Below, piece after piece: positions 1 through 12,114 of a stretch of 64,000 nucleotides of DNA. Numbering within the stretch: position 1 is the stretch's first letter; every line of letters begins with the position of its first letter. The translations under genes were made by a program, and so were the position numbers. Below the pieces are notes generated by a model. It ran no database searches. It worked only from the letters and a program-made list of their open reading frames with translations, and was not told the DNA's origin. This stretch comes from Endomicrobiales bacterium (GTDB lineage: Bacteria > Elusimicrobiota > Endomicrobiia > Endomicrobiales > JALOBY01), in the NCBI GenBank assembly GCA_963796955.1, contig CAWCNJ010000008.1:64001-128000 (forward strand), written 5' to 3'.

Positions 1-2
1 AA

Positions 3-347
3 GTCAATATAAATGAAAAGCTGCACTCGCCCAAGCTCTATTCTGGTAAGAAGTGTAAGCTGGGAGAACATATACAAATTGACGGCACTTTGGTGTGCGG
101 CGATAATTCAAACATTGGGGATACCACAACCTTTACCGGTTCGGTTTGTTTAGGAAAAAACGTCGTTATCGGTAAAGGAACAACAATACGTAACTCGGTT
201 ATCCTTGATAACACCCGTATCGCCGAAGGTGTAAGAATAGATCAGTCCGTTATAGGCAAACGATGCCGGATTGATGCAAATTCTTCCCTGCGCGCCGGTA
301 CTGTCCTTGGTGATGGTACAACACTGAGTAAATACTCCAGGTTATAA
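3..347 (+). CDS. C-terminal part of an NDP-sugar pyrophosphorylase-like protein (hexapeptide left-handed beta-helix); 5' end outside the window
   Basis: Frame is open from base 3 to the stop at 347. Hexapeptide repeats (VVIGKGTTIRNSVILDNTRI...QSVIGKRCRI) resemble the C-terminus of the 7642..8670 protein. Confidence 0.7.
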   Translation, partial: VNINEKLHSPKLYSGKKCKLGEHIQIDGTLVCGDNSNIGDTTTFTGSVCLGKNVVIGKGTTIRNSVILDNTRIAEGVRIDQSVIGKRCRIDANSSLRAGTVLGDGTTLSKYSRL

Positions 348-348
348 A

Positions 349-1755
349 ATGAATATACGTTTTGGCACAGACGGTTGGCGGGCCGTAATAGCTGAGCAAT
401 TTACTTTTGATAATGTGCGAAAGGTTGCGTATGCGATCGCCGAGTATGCTGTTTCAACGGTCGCTGCACCCACGATAGTAGTAGGCTATGATACCAGGTT
501 CCAGTCAAAGGACTTTGCCCGGGCTGTCGCTGATGTTCTTGCCGGTGCTGGTTGCAAGGTTGTCCTGAGCAGATCGGTCGTTTCTACTCCTGCTGTCTCA
601 TCGGCTGTCGTATCAATGAAAGCTTTTGGTGGAGTAGTGATCTCGGCAAGCCATAACCCTGCTGCATTTAACGGGATAAAATTTAAAACCTCCGACGGCT
701 GTTCAGCCCCTGAAACCGTAACAGCAATATTTGAGAAATTGCTAAAATCCGACCATCACCCGCGTACTAAAAGAACTTCGTGTGCCATTCAGGAAACCGA
801 TCTTACCGCTGCCTACCTGAAACATCTTACTTCGATCGTCGATATGTCTCTTATTAAACGGCACCCTGCAACAGTCGTAGTAGACCCTTTATACGGCGCG
901 GCAATCGGGTATATGAAGACCCTTCTTGCCGGGTCGCGCGTGAAGGTTATAGAAATTCACGGAAAACCGGACCCCATGTTCGGCGGTATTCACCCGGAGC
1001 CAATAGAGCATAATCTTGACGATTTGAAGACCATGGTTAAACAGAATGGAGCCGCGGCCGGTCTTTCCACCGACGGTGATGCGGATCGCATAGGTGTGGT
1101 TGATGACAAAGGAAGATATTTAACCCCTCACCAGATCTTTCCGCTTCTCGTATATTACCTTTGCAAATATAAAGGCATGAAGGGTAAGGTGGTTCAGGCT
1201 ATATCGCTTGGCGTTCTTAGTGAGCGTATTGCGGCAGATTTTTCTTTGCCGTTTGAGGAAGTGCCCATAGGTTTTAAATACATAGCCGGTCGTATCATGA
1301 GCGGGGATGTCCTTATAGGCGGCGAAGAGAGTGGTGGTTATGGCTACGGTAACTATCTCCCTGAGCGTGACGGCATACTTAACTCACTAATGGTACTTGA
1401 AATGCTGGCGCATACAAAAAAACCGTTATCGGCGCTGCTTGATGAAATGCAAAAGAGATATGGAACATCTTGTTATGAACGCACTGACTTTATCAATCCC
1501 GGGATACCGAAGGATCGGCTGGTGGCAATACTAAGGGATTCTGCTCCCAAAATGATAAGCGGCCAAAAGGTAGTGCAGATAAAAGACTACGATGGCATTG
1601 AGTTCGTGCTTGCTGACGGTTCTTGGCTTTTATTACGGCCATCTGGAACGGAGCCGGTCATAAGGGTCTATGCTGAGTCTGATTGCGAAAAATCGACAAA
1701 ATCAATTATCAAATGGGGTAATAATATGATAAAATCACTGGTGTCAAAAGCTTGA
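349..1755 (+). CDS. Phosphoglucomutase/phosphomannomutase family protein
   Basis: FGTDGWR start, catalytic SASHNP, metal loop DGDADR, GEESGG, RPSGTEP. Confidence 0.93.
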   Translation: MNIRFGTDGWRAVIAEQFTFDNVRKVAYAIAEYAVSTVAAPTIVVGYDTRFQSKDFARAVADVLAGAGCKVVLSRSVVSTPAVSSAVVSMKAFGGVVISASHNPAAFNGIKFKTSDGCSAPETVTAIFEKLLKSDHHPRTKRTSCAIQETDLTAAYLKHLTSIVDMSLIKRHPATVVVDPLYGAAIGYMKTLLAGSRVKVIEIHGKPDPMFGGIHPEPIEHNLDDLKTMVKQNGAAAGLSTDGDADRIGVVDDKGRYLTPHQIFPLLVYYLCKYKGMKGKVVQAISLGVLSERIAADFSLPFEEVPIGFKYIAGRIMSGDVLIGGEESGGYGYGNYLPERDGILNSLMVLEMLAHTKKPLSALLDEMQKRYGTSCYERTDFINPGIPKDRLVAILRDSAPKMISGQKVVQIKDYDGIEFVLADGSWLLLRPSGTEPVIRVYAESDCEKSTKSIIKWGNNMIKSLVSKA

Positions 1756-1770
1756 TAAACTGGAGGATGA

Positions 1771-2826
1771 ATGTCATCTACTGAGAAGCTTAAAGCATTG
1801 GACCTGGCGTTGACGCAGATCGAAAAAGACTACGGTAAAGAAGCTATCATGCGTCTTGGTGAGCGGCATACCAAATCTCCGGTCGAGTTCATTTCTACCG
1901 GGGCTTTGCCGCTTGATATAGCTATTGGTGTAGGCGGTATCCCTCGCGGACGCGTAGTTGAGATATATGGCCCTGAATCCTCGGGCAAAACAACTCTTGC
2001 GCTGTGTGTCGTCGCTGAAACACAGAAGGCCGGCGGTATTGCGGCCTATATTGACGCTGAACATGCGATGGATCCGGATTACGCGACTAAGCTTGGTGTT
2101 AAGATAGATGATCTATATATTTCTCAGCCGGATTCAGGTGAGCAGGCCCTGGAGATAACTGAGAAATTAGTTCGGTCCGGTGCTATTGATACCATCGTTA
2201 TCGACTCAGTTGCAGCTTTGGTTCCGAAGGCTGAGATTGAAGGCGAGATGGGCGACTCACACATGGGCTTGCAGGCCAGGCTCATGAGCCAGGCGCTGAG
2301 AAAGCTTACGTCAACGATATCGAAATCCAAGACATCAATTATCTTTATAAATCAGATCCGTCAAAAGATCGGTGTTATGTGGGGAAACCCGGAAACCACG
2401 CCCGGCGGTATGGCGCTGAAATTTTACGCCTCTGTGAGGCTTGATATTAGACGTGTTGAATCTATCAAGAAGGGCGAGGAAGTAATAGGCAATAAGGTTC
2501 GTGTTAAAGTAGTGAAAAATAAAGTTGCGCCACCATTCAAGAACGCTGAATTCGATCTGTTGTTCGGTATAGGTATAGACAAGACCGGTTACTTGATTGA
2601 TATGGGCGTGAACGAAGGTTTTGTTGAGAAAGCAGGAGCATTCTTCTCATACAATGGCGAAAAGATCGGCCAGGGCCGGGACAACGCTAAGCAGTATCTA
2701 AGCGATCACCCGGAGACATATCAGTCAATTGAGGCGGCTCTTCGCAAGAAATTCTTTACTCCTGATGAAAATGGACAGGTACCTACGGTCACAAGAGAAG
2801 TTAAACCTCCGAAAACAAAGAAGTAA
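1771..2826 (+). CDS. recA: Recombinase RecA
   Basis: GPESSGKTT Walker [43 protein letters not shown] upstream. Confidence 0.99.
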   Translation: MSSTEKLKALDLALTQIEKDYGKEAIMRLGERHTKSPVEFISTGALPLDIAIGVGGIPRGRVVEIYGPESSGKTTLALCVVAETQKAGGIAAYIDAEHAMDPDYATKLGVKIDDLYISQPDSGEQALEITEKLVRSGAIDTIVIDSVAALVPKAEIEGEMGDSHMGLQARLMSQALRKLTSTISKSKTSIIFINQIRQKIGVMWGNPETTPGGMALKFYASVRLDIRRVESIKKGEEVIGNKVRVKVVKNKVAPPFKNAEFDLLFGIGIDKTGYLIDMGVNEGFVEKAGAFFSYNGEKIGQGRDNAKQYLSDHPETYQSIEAALRKKFFTPDENGQVPTVTREVKPPKTKK

Positions 2827-2832
2827 TTTGTG

Positions 2833-2878
2833 AATTCCCATTATACCCCTCTTTTGTTAAAGAGGGGGTAGGGGAGTT
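2833..2878. repeat. REP-like palindrome (CCCCTCTTT-N4-AAAGAGGGG with outer AATTCCC/GGGGAGTT arms)
   Basis: 9-bp perfect stem 2846-2854/2859-2867 nested in weaker outer complementarity; single copy in window. Confidence 0.45.
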
Positions 2879-2884
2879 CCTCAA

Positions 2885-2924
2885 CAGAAAAAAGGGTAAA
2901 GGCCTAGGCTTTTACCCTTTTCTG
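2885..2924 (+). terminator. Intrinsic terminator-like hairpin after recA (possibly bidirectional)
   Basis: CAGAAAAAAGGGTAAAGGCC-TA-GGCTTTTACCCTTTTCTG near-perfect inverted repeat. Confidence 0.7.
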
Positions 2925-2939
2925 ACAACTGGGAACGGC

Positions 2940-4130
2940 ATGATCAACGGCGAGAACATTATTTGTTTTGGGTTTGCTGAGTGGGATAACCCGTACAAAA
3001 CCAACCAGCACCATATTATGAGCCGGCTGTCTTTGAACAATAAAGTATTGTTCATAGAATCGCTTGGTTTGCGTCAGCCTGTTTTTCAGGGACGGGACCT
3101 GCGCAGAATGGTTTGCAGGATCGTGAAATTTTTTAAAGGTCCCCGTAGAATGTCGGATAATCTCTTTGTTTACGCCCCCCTCGTTTTACCTTTTCATAAA
3201 TTCGCGATGGTTCGTTGGTTCAATAGACACTTTCTGAAGGTTCAGCTAAGCTCGGTCGTGAAAACACTTCACTTGTCAGACCCGGTAATTTGGAGCTATA
3301 TTCCAAATGCTGTTGATTTACTTGGTATCTGGAAAGAAAAGCTTAGTGTATATCACTGTGTTGATGACCTAAGCGCTAACCCGCGTATTGATACCAAGTC
3401 GTTGATCGAACAGGAAGATCGTTTTCTTAAGCGAGTTTCATTGGTATTTACCACGGCTAAAGCTCTGTTCGAAGAAAAAAGGAAACATAATCCGCATACC
3501 TATTATCTTCCCAACGTTGCTGATTACGAACATTTCCATAAGGCCGTTGATACAAATCTCGTGCTTCCCGCGGACTTGGCGGGCATACAAAGCGCGATCA
3601 TTGGCTTTATAGGTGCGATAAGCGACTACAAGCTTGATTTTTCTTTGATCGCCGCAATAGCTTCAAGCCATCCTGAATGGTGCATTGTGCTGGTAGGTGT
3701 CACCGGTGAGGGGGAAAAGAAAGCTGACCTTTCCATTCTATTCGCATATAAGAACATTCGCATTGTGGGGGGACGGCCATATTCTGTATTACCGGCCTAT
3801 TTAAAAGCGTTCGACGTTTGCATACTTCCGAACAAGATAAATGATTACACGCGGAATATGTTCCCTATGAAATTTTATGAATATCTATCTGCGGGTAAGC
3901 CCGTCGTCTCAACACCCTTGCCGGCGCTCTCAGAACACACCGACCTGTATTACCTCGCGAATAATTACGATGAGTTTGTAAAAAATATTGAAACCGCGTT
4001 AACGGAATCAGACAGCAATTTGAAAGAAAGGCGGTTCGCTGCCGCGCGGAAAAACACCTGGGATGTCCGTATACAGTCGATGTCAGAAATAATAGATAGT
4101 TACAGGAAAGGTGTTCCCTATGCGCGGTAA
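2940..4130 (+). CDS. GT-B glycosyltransferase (GT4/TuaH-like)
   Basis: VYHCVDD motif, IGFIGAI, FDVCILP...FPMKFYEYLSAGKPVVST. Confidence 0.88.
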   Translation: MINGENIICFGFAEWDNPYKTNQHHIMSRLSLNNKVLFIESLGLRQPVFQGRDLRRMVCRIVKFFKGPRRMSDNLFVYAPLVLPFHKFAMVRWFNRHFLKVQLSSVVKTLHLSDPVIWSYIPNAVDLLGIWKEKLSVYHCVDDLSANPRIDTKSLIEQEDRFLKRVSLVFTTAKALFEEKRKHNPHTYYLPNVADYEHFHKAVDTNLVLPADLAGIQSAIIGFIGAISDYKLDFSLIAAIASSHPEWCIVLVGVTGEGEKKADLSILFAYKNIRIVGGRPYSVLPAYLKAFDVCILPNKINDYTRNMFPMKFYEYLSAGKPVVSTPLPALSEHTDLYYLANNYDEFVKNIETALTESDSNLKERRFAAARKNTWDVRIQSMSEIIDSYRKGVPYAR

Positions 4131-5253
4131 TCAATTGCTGAAATATCTGGATAAATTTGCTGGCTCGCTTTTGCTGTGGATACTTGGTTCGCTGCGAAGC
4201 AAAAATACCGTATTGCCAACCGATCCCCGGCGAATTATCATCGTAAAACTATCAGCAATTGGCGATACTTTATTGCTATATCCATCCCTGAGAGCACTGA
4301 AGGCAAAATATCCGAAGGCTGAGATAGCAGCCGTGTGTACTAAGATCAATCAGGAAATATTTTATAGATGCAGATATATCGATAAAGTGATCGCGGTTAA
4401 CCTGAAGGATTTGTTAATCAATCCTGTCTCAGTGTTGAAGCCGTTGTGGTCAGTTAGACCTGATCTGGCGGTCGATTTTGATCAGTGGACAAGGCTCCCG
4501 GCAATTCTGGCTCTGGCTACAAGACCGAAATATCTCCTTGGTTTTTCAACAGAAGGACAAAAACGTCATTATGCATTCGATCTAGTTGTGCCGCATAGCC
4601 GTACAGAACACGAAATTGATTGTTTCTTAGGGCTGGCCGGTGCGGCGGGAGCAATGTCGTCTGACACAGGTCTTGAATTCTCGGCCACAGATCGGGAAAA
4701 CAAAGACGTGGAAATATTCCTTAATAAAAATGGGATCGCACCGAAGGGATTCATTGTTATGCATCCCGAGACACCCATCCATGGACGTCAGCGCCACTGG
4801 CCGGCCCACAGTTTCATAGAGTTGGGAAGAATGATCATTTCTCAAACTGATAAACATATTTTATTAACCGGCACTAAAACTGAATTATCGTCAAACTTAA
4901 ATATTAAAAATGCTCTTGGCGAAAGAGTTATCTGCGTTCCCCCGGTAACCATAGGCTTTTTGGCGGCTCTGTACGCGAAAGCCTCCGCCCTTATTTGCGG
5001 GAATACGGGTATTATGCATCTTGCCTGCGCAATGGATACCCCCATAGTAGCGCTTCATGGACCAACGAGCCCTCTGAAGTGGGGCCCGCGCACAAGATCC
5101 TCGCGATCCTTCGCGTTGAAATCGCCCATGGCCTGCAGCCCGTGTCTGTATCTGGGATTCGAATATGGATGTAATGACAACGCCTGCATGAGAAGCATAA
5201 CGGCTGAATTGGTGTTTGAGAATGTTAAAAACCTTTTGCAAAACCAATCCTAA
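4120..5253 (+). CDS. Glycosyltransferase family 9 (heptosyltransferase-like)
   Basis: KLSAIGD, GNTGIMHLACAMDTPIVALHGPT, CSPC motif; ATG at 4120 preferred over the GTG at 4111. Confidence 0.88.
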   Translation: MRGNQLLKYLDKFAGSLLLWILGSLRSKNTVLPTDPRRIIIVKLSAIGDTLLLYPSLRALKAKYPKAEIAAVCTKINQEIFYRCRYIDKVIAVNLKDLLINPVSVLKPLWSVRPDLAVDFDQWTRLPAILALATRPKYLLGFSTEGQKRHYAFDLVVPHSRTEHEIDCFLGLAGAAGAMSSDTGLEFSATDRENKDVEIFLNKNGIAPKGFIVMHPETPIHGRQRHWPAHSFIELGRMIISQTDKHILLTGTKTELSSNLNIKNALGERVICVPPVTIGFLAALYAKASALICGNTGIMHLACAMDTPIVALHGPTSPLKWGPRTRSSRSFALKSPMACSPCLYLGFEYGCNDNACMRSITAELVFENVKNLLQNQS

Positions 5254-5274
5254 ATTGATAATATTTATCCACTT

Positions 5275-6654
5275 ATGAAGATAAATAAAACCCGCACCCT
5301 GGTTTTTCTGACGCTATTGTTCTCAGATATATTTTGCATAGTTCTGTCTCTGTATCTTGCCTATAATTTTCGCTTTCATTCAGCATTCGTAACGGTATTG
5401 CCTGTAACGAAAGGGCTCCCGGAATATTTGTTTTACCAACATCTGCTGTATTTTATAGTTCCCCTTTGGCTTTTGATCTTTTATCACCACAAACTCTATA
5501 GGACTTTTTTTCTGCCTCCTCTTGACGATCTGATCCGCGTTGTCAGAGCAGTCTCTCTTAGTGTGATCTTTACGTTGCTTGCGATATTCTTTTACCGTGA
5601 ATTTTCTTATTCCCGTGGGGTATTAGCGTTGTTCTGGTGTTACTCCATTTTGTTGATCTTTTTATCCCGGCAATTGGTACGTTATTTCGTTAAGTATGCC
5701 TTCAGGTCACTTCTTGAACGTGAAAGCATACTTGTTGTTGGTGTCAATAACAAGATGATCAAGGATATCCTTAAACAGTATCATTACAAGAAATGTTTCT
5801 TTTTTCCTAACGACGACGAAACGTATGTTGAAGATATAAAAGCGATGTGCCGGCAAAGGGATATCAAAGAGGTTATACTAACAAACTATGGTTGGGCACA
5901 AAATGCACTGCTCTCCTTTTATGACTGGTGTGAAACAGAAGGTATTGACCTGAGATTTATACCTGATATCGTGCAACTTTGCAGAGGCGAGGTAGTCATC
6001 GATTCATCACTGGGCATTCCGACATTTCGTTTAAGGCCGATCTCTTTAAGCGGCTTCGATTTTTATTTCAAGAGAGTTATTGATCTGATCATCTCGACAG
6101 CGATACTGTCATTTATCTGGCCGCTACTTTGGTTTATCTCTATTCTTATAAAACTTGATTCAACTGGACCTTCTTTGTATCATCATAAGCGCGTTGGATA
6201 CCGTGGACAGACATTTGATTTCTTCAAATTCCGATCAATGGTCATAAACGCGGATGAATTGCTTGAAAAATTCAAAAATCAGAGCGAACGCAAAGGTCCT
6301 GTTTTCAAGATGAAAAATGATCCAAGAATAACGATAATAGGTAAATTCTTACGCAGATTCAGTATAGATGAGTTACCTCAACTGCTTAACGTTCTTCGCG
6401 GAGACATGAGTTTGGTAGGTCCCCGTCCTCAAGTGCTTTGGGAAGCAGCGGCTTATGACGATTGGGCAAAACGTCGTTTAAGAGTATTACCCGGTATCAC
6501 AGGACTGTGGCAGGTTTCAGGGCGTGCCGACCTAAGCTACGAGGAAATGATAGAGCTTGATATTTTTTATATTGAAAACTGGTCATTGGGGCTTGATGTA
6601 TCAATTTTAACAAGAACACTGCCGGCGATATTCAGTAAAAAAGGGGCATGCTGA
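5275..6654 (+). CDS. Polyprenyl-phosphate sugar phosphotransferase (WcaJ/WbaP family, priming glycosyltransferase)
   Basis: N-terminal TM helices; KFRSM, DPRIT, SIDELPQLLNVLRGDMSLVGPRP, PGITGLWQVSGR. Confidence 0.93.
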   Translation: MKINKTRTLVFLTLLFSDIFCIVLSLYLAYNFRFHSAFVTVLPVTKGLPEYLFYQHLLYFIVPLWLLIFYHHKLYRTFFLPPLDDLIRVVRAVSLSVIFTLLAIFFYREFSYSRGVLALFWCYSILLIFLSRQLVRYFVKYAFRSLLERESILVVGVNNKMIKDILKQYHYKKCFFFPNDDETYVEDIKAMCRQRDIKEVILTNYGWAQNALLSFYDWCETEGIDLRFIPDIVQLCRGEVVIDSSLGIPTFRLRPISLSGFDFYFKRVIDLIISTAILSFIWPLLWFISILIKLDSTGPSLYHHKRVGYRGQTFDFFKFRSMVINADELLEKFKNQSERKGPVFKMKNDPRITIIGKFLRRFSIDELPQLLNVLRGDMSLVGPRPQVLWEAAAYDDWAKRRLRVLPGITGLWQVSGRADLSYEEMIELDIFYIENWSLGLDVSILTRTLPAIFSKKGAC

Positions 6655-6718
6655 ACGGATAGTTCAGTGTGTAGCGTAGAGAAATTTAATTTCAAGACAA
6701 GAATACGGGAGAAAATAC

Positions 6719-7645
6719 ATGAAAATACTTATTACAGGCGGGGCGGGCTTTATCGGATCAAATATCGCTGATAAGATGCTGGAAGAAGGCCATAGCGTAG
6801 TAATAATTGACAATCTGTCATCGGGACAGAAAAAGAATATTCCGTCAAAGGCAAAGTTCTATAAGGCGGATATCACTGATGTCAAACTTGTAGATTCAGT
6901 TATAAAGAAGGAAAGGCCGCAAGTTATCTGCCATCATGCGGCTCAGATAGATGTGCGTAAATCCGTTGAAGACCCTGCCTTTGATGCTAAGGTGAACGTA
7001 TTGGGCGCCTTGAACGTTTTCGAGGCTGCAAGAAAACATGGTGTTAAAAAAATAGTATTTGCCTCTTCCGGTGGGACTATTTATGGTGAGGTTGGTAAAG
7101 TGCCGCCTACGGAATTGTCTCCCGGTAACCCGCTTTCACCGTATGGAATCACAAAATATACCGTTGAACATTATCTCAAATTTTATAGTTTGATCTATGG
7201 CTTGAAATATACGGTGTTGAGATACGCCAATGTTTATGGCCCCCGGCAGGACCCGCATGGGGAGGCCGGGGTTGTCTCTATCTTCACCGGCCGCATGCTC
7301 ACCGGTGAAGGACTTGTTATTTTTGGCGATGGAAATCAGACCCGGGATTATGTGTTCGTGGCGGATGTCGTTGCGGCGAACGTTGCTGCTCTTACCAAGG
7401 GCGATAATCAGATAATTAATATCGGCACAGGCTGCGCTACCTCGGTTAATACGCTTTTTAACACAATGGCTAAGATCGCCCAATATAAACGCAAGCCGGT
7501 TTATAAGGCTGCCCGCCCCGGTGAGCTGGGAAGAAGTTTGTTGGACGCCTCGAAGGCTAAAAAGTTGCTTGGGTGGGAACCCAAAGTCTGCCTTGCCGAG
7601 GGTTTACAGCTGACTATCGGTTATTTCAGGAACGAGATAAAATGA
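6719..7645 (+). CDS. NAD-dependent epimerase/dehydratase (UDP-glucose 4-epimerase-like)
   Basis: GGAGFIGS, YxxxK (YGITK), LRYANVYGPRQ. Confidence 0.92.
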   Translation: MKILITGGAGFIGSNIADKMLEEGHSVVIIDNLSSGQKKNIPSKAKFYKADITDVKLVDSVIKKERPQVICHHAAQIDVRKSVEDPAFDAKVNVLGALNVFEAARKHGVKKIVFASSGGTIYGEVGKVPPTELSPGNPLSPYGITKYTVEHYLKFYSLIYGLKYTVLRYANVYGPRQDPHGEAGVVSIFTGRMLTGEGLVIFGDGNQTRDYVFVADVVAANVAALTKGDNQIINIGTGCATSVNTLFNTMAKIAQYKRKPVYKAARPGELGRSLLDASKAKKLLGWEPKVCLAEGLQLTIGYFRNEIK

Positions 7646-8670
7646 AAGCATTTATTATGGCAGCAGGCGCGGGCACCAGGCTGCGTCCCCTTACCTACGA
7701 GATACCAAAGCCGATGGTGCCGGTAGTCAATAAGCCTACCATTGAACATACGCTTGAGAACCTTAAGCGCCACGGGATATTGCAGGTCGCGATGAACCTT
7801 AACTACTATCCTGAAACTATCCGTAACTATTTTGGCGACGGGACGAAGTTTGGCATGAAGATAACTTATTCCCTGGAAAAAGAATTGATGGGTACGGCCG
7901 GCGGCGTTAAGAAGATGGAAAAGTTTTTTGATTCAACATTCGTTGTTATGTCAGGTGATGGTTTGACGGATATAGATATCACAAAAGCTCTGAAATTCCA
8001 TAAGAGCCACAAATCAATGGCCACAATGGTGCTTAAGCCGATAGACGCGAAATTTGATTACGGTGTGACCATTACTGATAAAACCGGTCGTATAAGCAAA
8101 TTTATTGAAAAGCCCAGCTGGAGCGATGTGTTCGCGAACACCGTCAATACCGGTATATATATTTTTGAACCGGAAATATTTTCGTTTATTCCCAAAGATA
8201 AATTTTATGATTTTGGCATGAATGTGTGGCCTGCACTGCTTAAGAAAAAAGAGCGGATATTCGGCTACGTTATGGATGAGTACTGGACCGATGTAGGGAA
8301 TCTTGCGGAATACAGAAAAGGCGTTGCAGACGCCCTGGACCGTAAGCTGACCGTACGCATACCGGGCGAGCAGGTGAGCCCCGGTATCTGGATAGGTAAA
8401 GGCACGAAGATACAGACAGGCGCAGTACTTAACGCTCCTTGCGTTATCGGCAGTGGCTGTTTTATAGGTAAATCTGCTATAATTAACGAGTACACGACCA
8501 TCGGAAATAATTCGCACATCGGCGAAAAAGCGCGTATCAGCAATTCTATATTATGGGAACGTGTGCGGGTGGAAAAAAATGTGCGTCTTACCAACTGCAT
8601 TATCGGCCATGGCGCCAAAGTTTCTGAGGATATTTCCGTCTTTGACGGAGCTGTCATAAACATAGATTAA
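7642..8670 (+). CDS. NDP-sugar synthase / mannose-1-phosphate guanylyltransferase-like protein
   Basis: AAGAGTRLRPLT...PKPMVPV, FIEKP, WTDVG, C-terminal beta-helix; ATG at 7642 overlaps the upstream stop. Confidence 0.9.
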   Translation: MKAFIMAAGAGTRLRPLTYEIPKPMVPVVNKPTIEHTLENLKRHGILQVAMNLNYYPETIRNYFGDGTKFGMKITYSLEKELMGTAGGVKKMEKFFDSTFVVMSGDGLTDIDITKALKFHKSHKSMATMVLKPIDAKFDYGVTITDKTGRISKFIEKPSWSDVFANTVNTGIYIFEPEIFSFIPKDKFYDFGMNVWPALLKKKERIFGYVMDEYWTDVGNLAEYRKGVADALDRKLTVRIPGEQVSPGIWIGKGTKIQTGAVLNAPCVIGSGCFIGKSAIINEYTTIGNNSHIGEKARISNSILWERVRVEKNVRLTNCIIGHGAKVSEDISVFDGAVINID

Positions 8671-8688
8671 CATAAGGAGCAGATATTT

Positions 8689-9852
8689 ATGAGCAAAGAC
8701 TTTGTGTTTACGTCGGAATCAGTAACAGAAGGACACCCCGATAAAGTTTGCGACCAGATATCAGATGCAGTTTTGGACGAAGTTCTCAGACAAGATCCAA
8801 TGGGCCGCGTAGCCTGCGAAACCTTTGTCACCATGGGTTTAGTGATCGTCGGCGGGGAGATAACGACGAAAGCTTTTGTAGATGTGCATAAAATAGTGCG
8901 CAAAGTGGTCAATGAGATCGGCTATAATCACCCGAAATTCGGTTTTGATTTCGAGACCTGCGCCATATTGAACGCGATACACACACAGTCACCGGACATC
9001 GCCCAGGGCGTGAATGTCGGCGGCGCCGGCGACCAGGGCCTGATGATAGGCTATGCCTGCAAAGAAACTCCAGAACTAATGCCGTTGCCCATAGCCCTCT
9101 CGCACCGCCTTGCACTGCGCCTTGCCGAAGTTAGAAAAAAGAATATCCTTGATTATCTTGGCCCTGACGGCAAATCCCAGGTCACCGTTGAATACCGCGA
9201 TGGCAAGCCCTACCGCGTTGACACCGTCGTTGTTTCCAGCCAGCACACGGAAGACATCCTTGATAAAACCGGGATGAAGATAACCGAAAAATCCCGCAAA
9301 GAAATGATCGATGCCATTATCCGCCCGATCTGTGGAAAATGGATCGATAATAAGACCAAGTTCTTTATAAACCCGACCGGTAAATTCGTGGTCGGCGGGC
9401 CGCAGTCCGATACCGGCATGACCGGCCGCAAGATCATTGTCGATACCTACGGCGGTATGGCTGCCCACGGCGGCGGCGCTTTCTCCGGCAAAGATCCCAC
9501 GAAGGTAGACCGCAGCGCCTGCTATATGGCCCGCCACATCGCCAAGAACATTGTCGCGGCCGGCATAGCAGAAAAATGCACGGTAGAACTTGCCTACGCG
9601 ATCGGCGTGGCAGACCCCGTTTCCGTGATGGTAGACACGCACAATACCTCGAAGATTTCCGACAAAGAAATAAGCCGCCTTGTTTACAAACACTTTCCGA
9701 TGACGCCCAAAGGAATAATCGACTATCTTAAGCTCCGCAGGCCAATTTACCGTAAGACCGCATCATACGGTCACTTTGGACGTAAAGGCCCCGAGTTCAC
9801 ATGGGAAGAAACGAACAAAGTTGCGGCACTGCGCAAAGACACCAAAATATAA
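8689..9852 (+). CDS. metK: S-adenosylmethionine synthetase
   Basis: [35 protein letters not shown]. Confidence 0.99.
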   Translation: MSKDFVFTSESVTEGHPDKVCDQISDAVLDEVLRQDPMGRVACETFVTMGLVIVGGEITTKAFVDVHKIVRKVVNEIGYNHPKFGFDFETCAILNAIHTQSPDIAQGVNVGGAGDQGLMIGYACKETPELMPLPIALSHRLALRLAEVRKKNILDYLGPDGKSQVTVEYRDGKPYRVDTVVVSSQHTEDILDKTGMKITEKSRKEMIDAIIRPICGKWIDNKTKFFINPTGKFVVGGPQSDTGMTGRKIIVDTYGGMAAHGGGAFSGKDPTKVDRSACYMARHIAKNIVAAGIAEKCTVELAYAIGVADPVSVMVDTHNTSKISDKEISRLVYKHFPMTPKGIIDYLKLRRPIYRKTASYGHFGRKGPEFTWEETNKVAALRKDTKI

Positions 9853-11124
<1,272 letters not shown>

Positions 11125-11136
11125 CTGCGGAAAGTC

Positions 11137-11183
11137 GAAAACCGTCTTCTGAAAAATACTTTGTTTTTCCGAAGACGGTTTTC
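11137..11183 (+). terminator. Long hairpin separating ahcY from the lipoprotein operon
   Basis: GAAAACCGTCTTC-TGAAAAATA...TGTTTTTCC-GAAGACGGTTTTC inverted repeat. Confidence 0.65.
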
Positions 11184-11206
11184 ATGACGCGACATGGGAG
11201 GTCTTT

Positions 11207-12058
11207 GTGAAAAAGTGCGCCTGGCTGTGTGTGCCACTGCTGGTTAGTGTTGTGATGTTTACCGGATGCGGCAAGGGGAATATATTTTCCTGGGCCCATT
11301 CCGCCGGAGACACAAAGAACCTTGATTCCATGAACTCGGACGCGTCAGCCGCCCTGCAGGCCAAGGATTACGTCAAGGCCCTTGACTACTACACTAAACT
11401 GATCGCCGCCGATCCCTCCAACTCTGAAGCGATATATGGCTATGCAGTCGCCGAACTTGCGAACTCGGGCCTGGATGTCGGTGACCTGATAGCAAACCTG
11501 ATAAAGCAACAAAATTCAAATACCCCGGAATACAGGAACCTTGCCCCTGCGATCGCGACGCTGGCGGCCCGTTCAAGTAGTTCATCGCAAAACCTTTTAC
11601 CGCAAAGTATCATCGATAATATTGTCAAGCTGAAGAACGCGATCAACGCGGTGCTTGACATGAGCAAACTGCCGAAGATCATTCTCGGCAGGGCGGATTC
11701 TCGTATCAGCCCGGACAATGTTGATGTTAACATTAACGTTGCCTTCTGTCTGCTGCTTCGCGCCGCAATGACTGTGGAGACCGTCATTAAGTTTGACACT
11801 GACTATAATGCAACCGTTATAACTACTGATAAAGTAGCATTGCAGACGGCGGCTGTTTCAGCCCTTAAGGATATTGCGAGCGCATACGCCAGATTCAACG
11901 TTGTGGTGAAAGCGCTTAACATATCCGGCGACAACTCAATAGTAAAGATCAGGGGGAATATCAGCGATCTATTCAATTCAGCTCAGACAGCCTTGAGAGG
12001 TCAGGGAATTGATTGCAGTGGCGTTAAACTGGATACGGACTATTTGTCTCAGCAGTAA
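11207..12058 (+). CDS. Uncharacterised lipoprotein with N-terminal TPR-like repeat
   Basis: GTG start with GGGAGG SD; lipobox FTG-C; TPR-like ASAALQAKDYVKALDYYTKLIAADPSNSEAIYGYA. Confidence 0.75.
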   Translation: MKKCAWLCVPLLVSVVMFTGCGKGNIFSWAHSAGDTKNLDSMNSDASAALQAKDYVKALDYYTKLIAADPSNSEAIYGYAVAELANSGLDVGDLIANLIKQQNSNTPEYRNLAPAIATLAARSSSSSQNLLPQSIIDNIVKLKNAINAVLDMSKLPKIILGRADSRISPDNVDVNINVAFCLLLRAAMTVETVIKFDTDYNATVITTDKVALQTAAVSALKDIASAYARFNVVVKALNISGDNSIVKIRGNISDLFNSAQTALRGQGIDCSGVKLDTDYLSQQ

Positions 12059-12114
12059 CTGGAGCTATTTCCACTAAGCTGGAAGCAGCTGAAACACAAC
12101 TATGAGGTGTTTAA

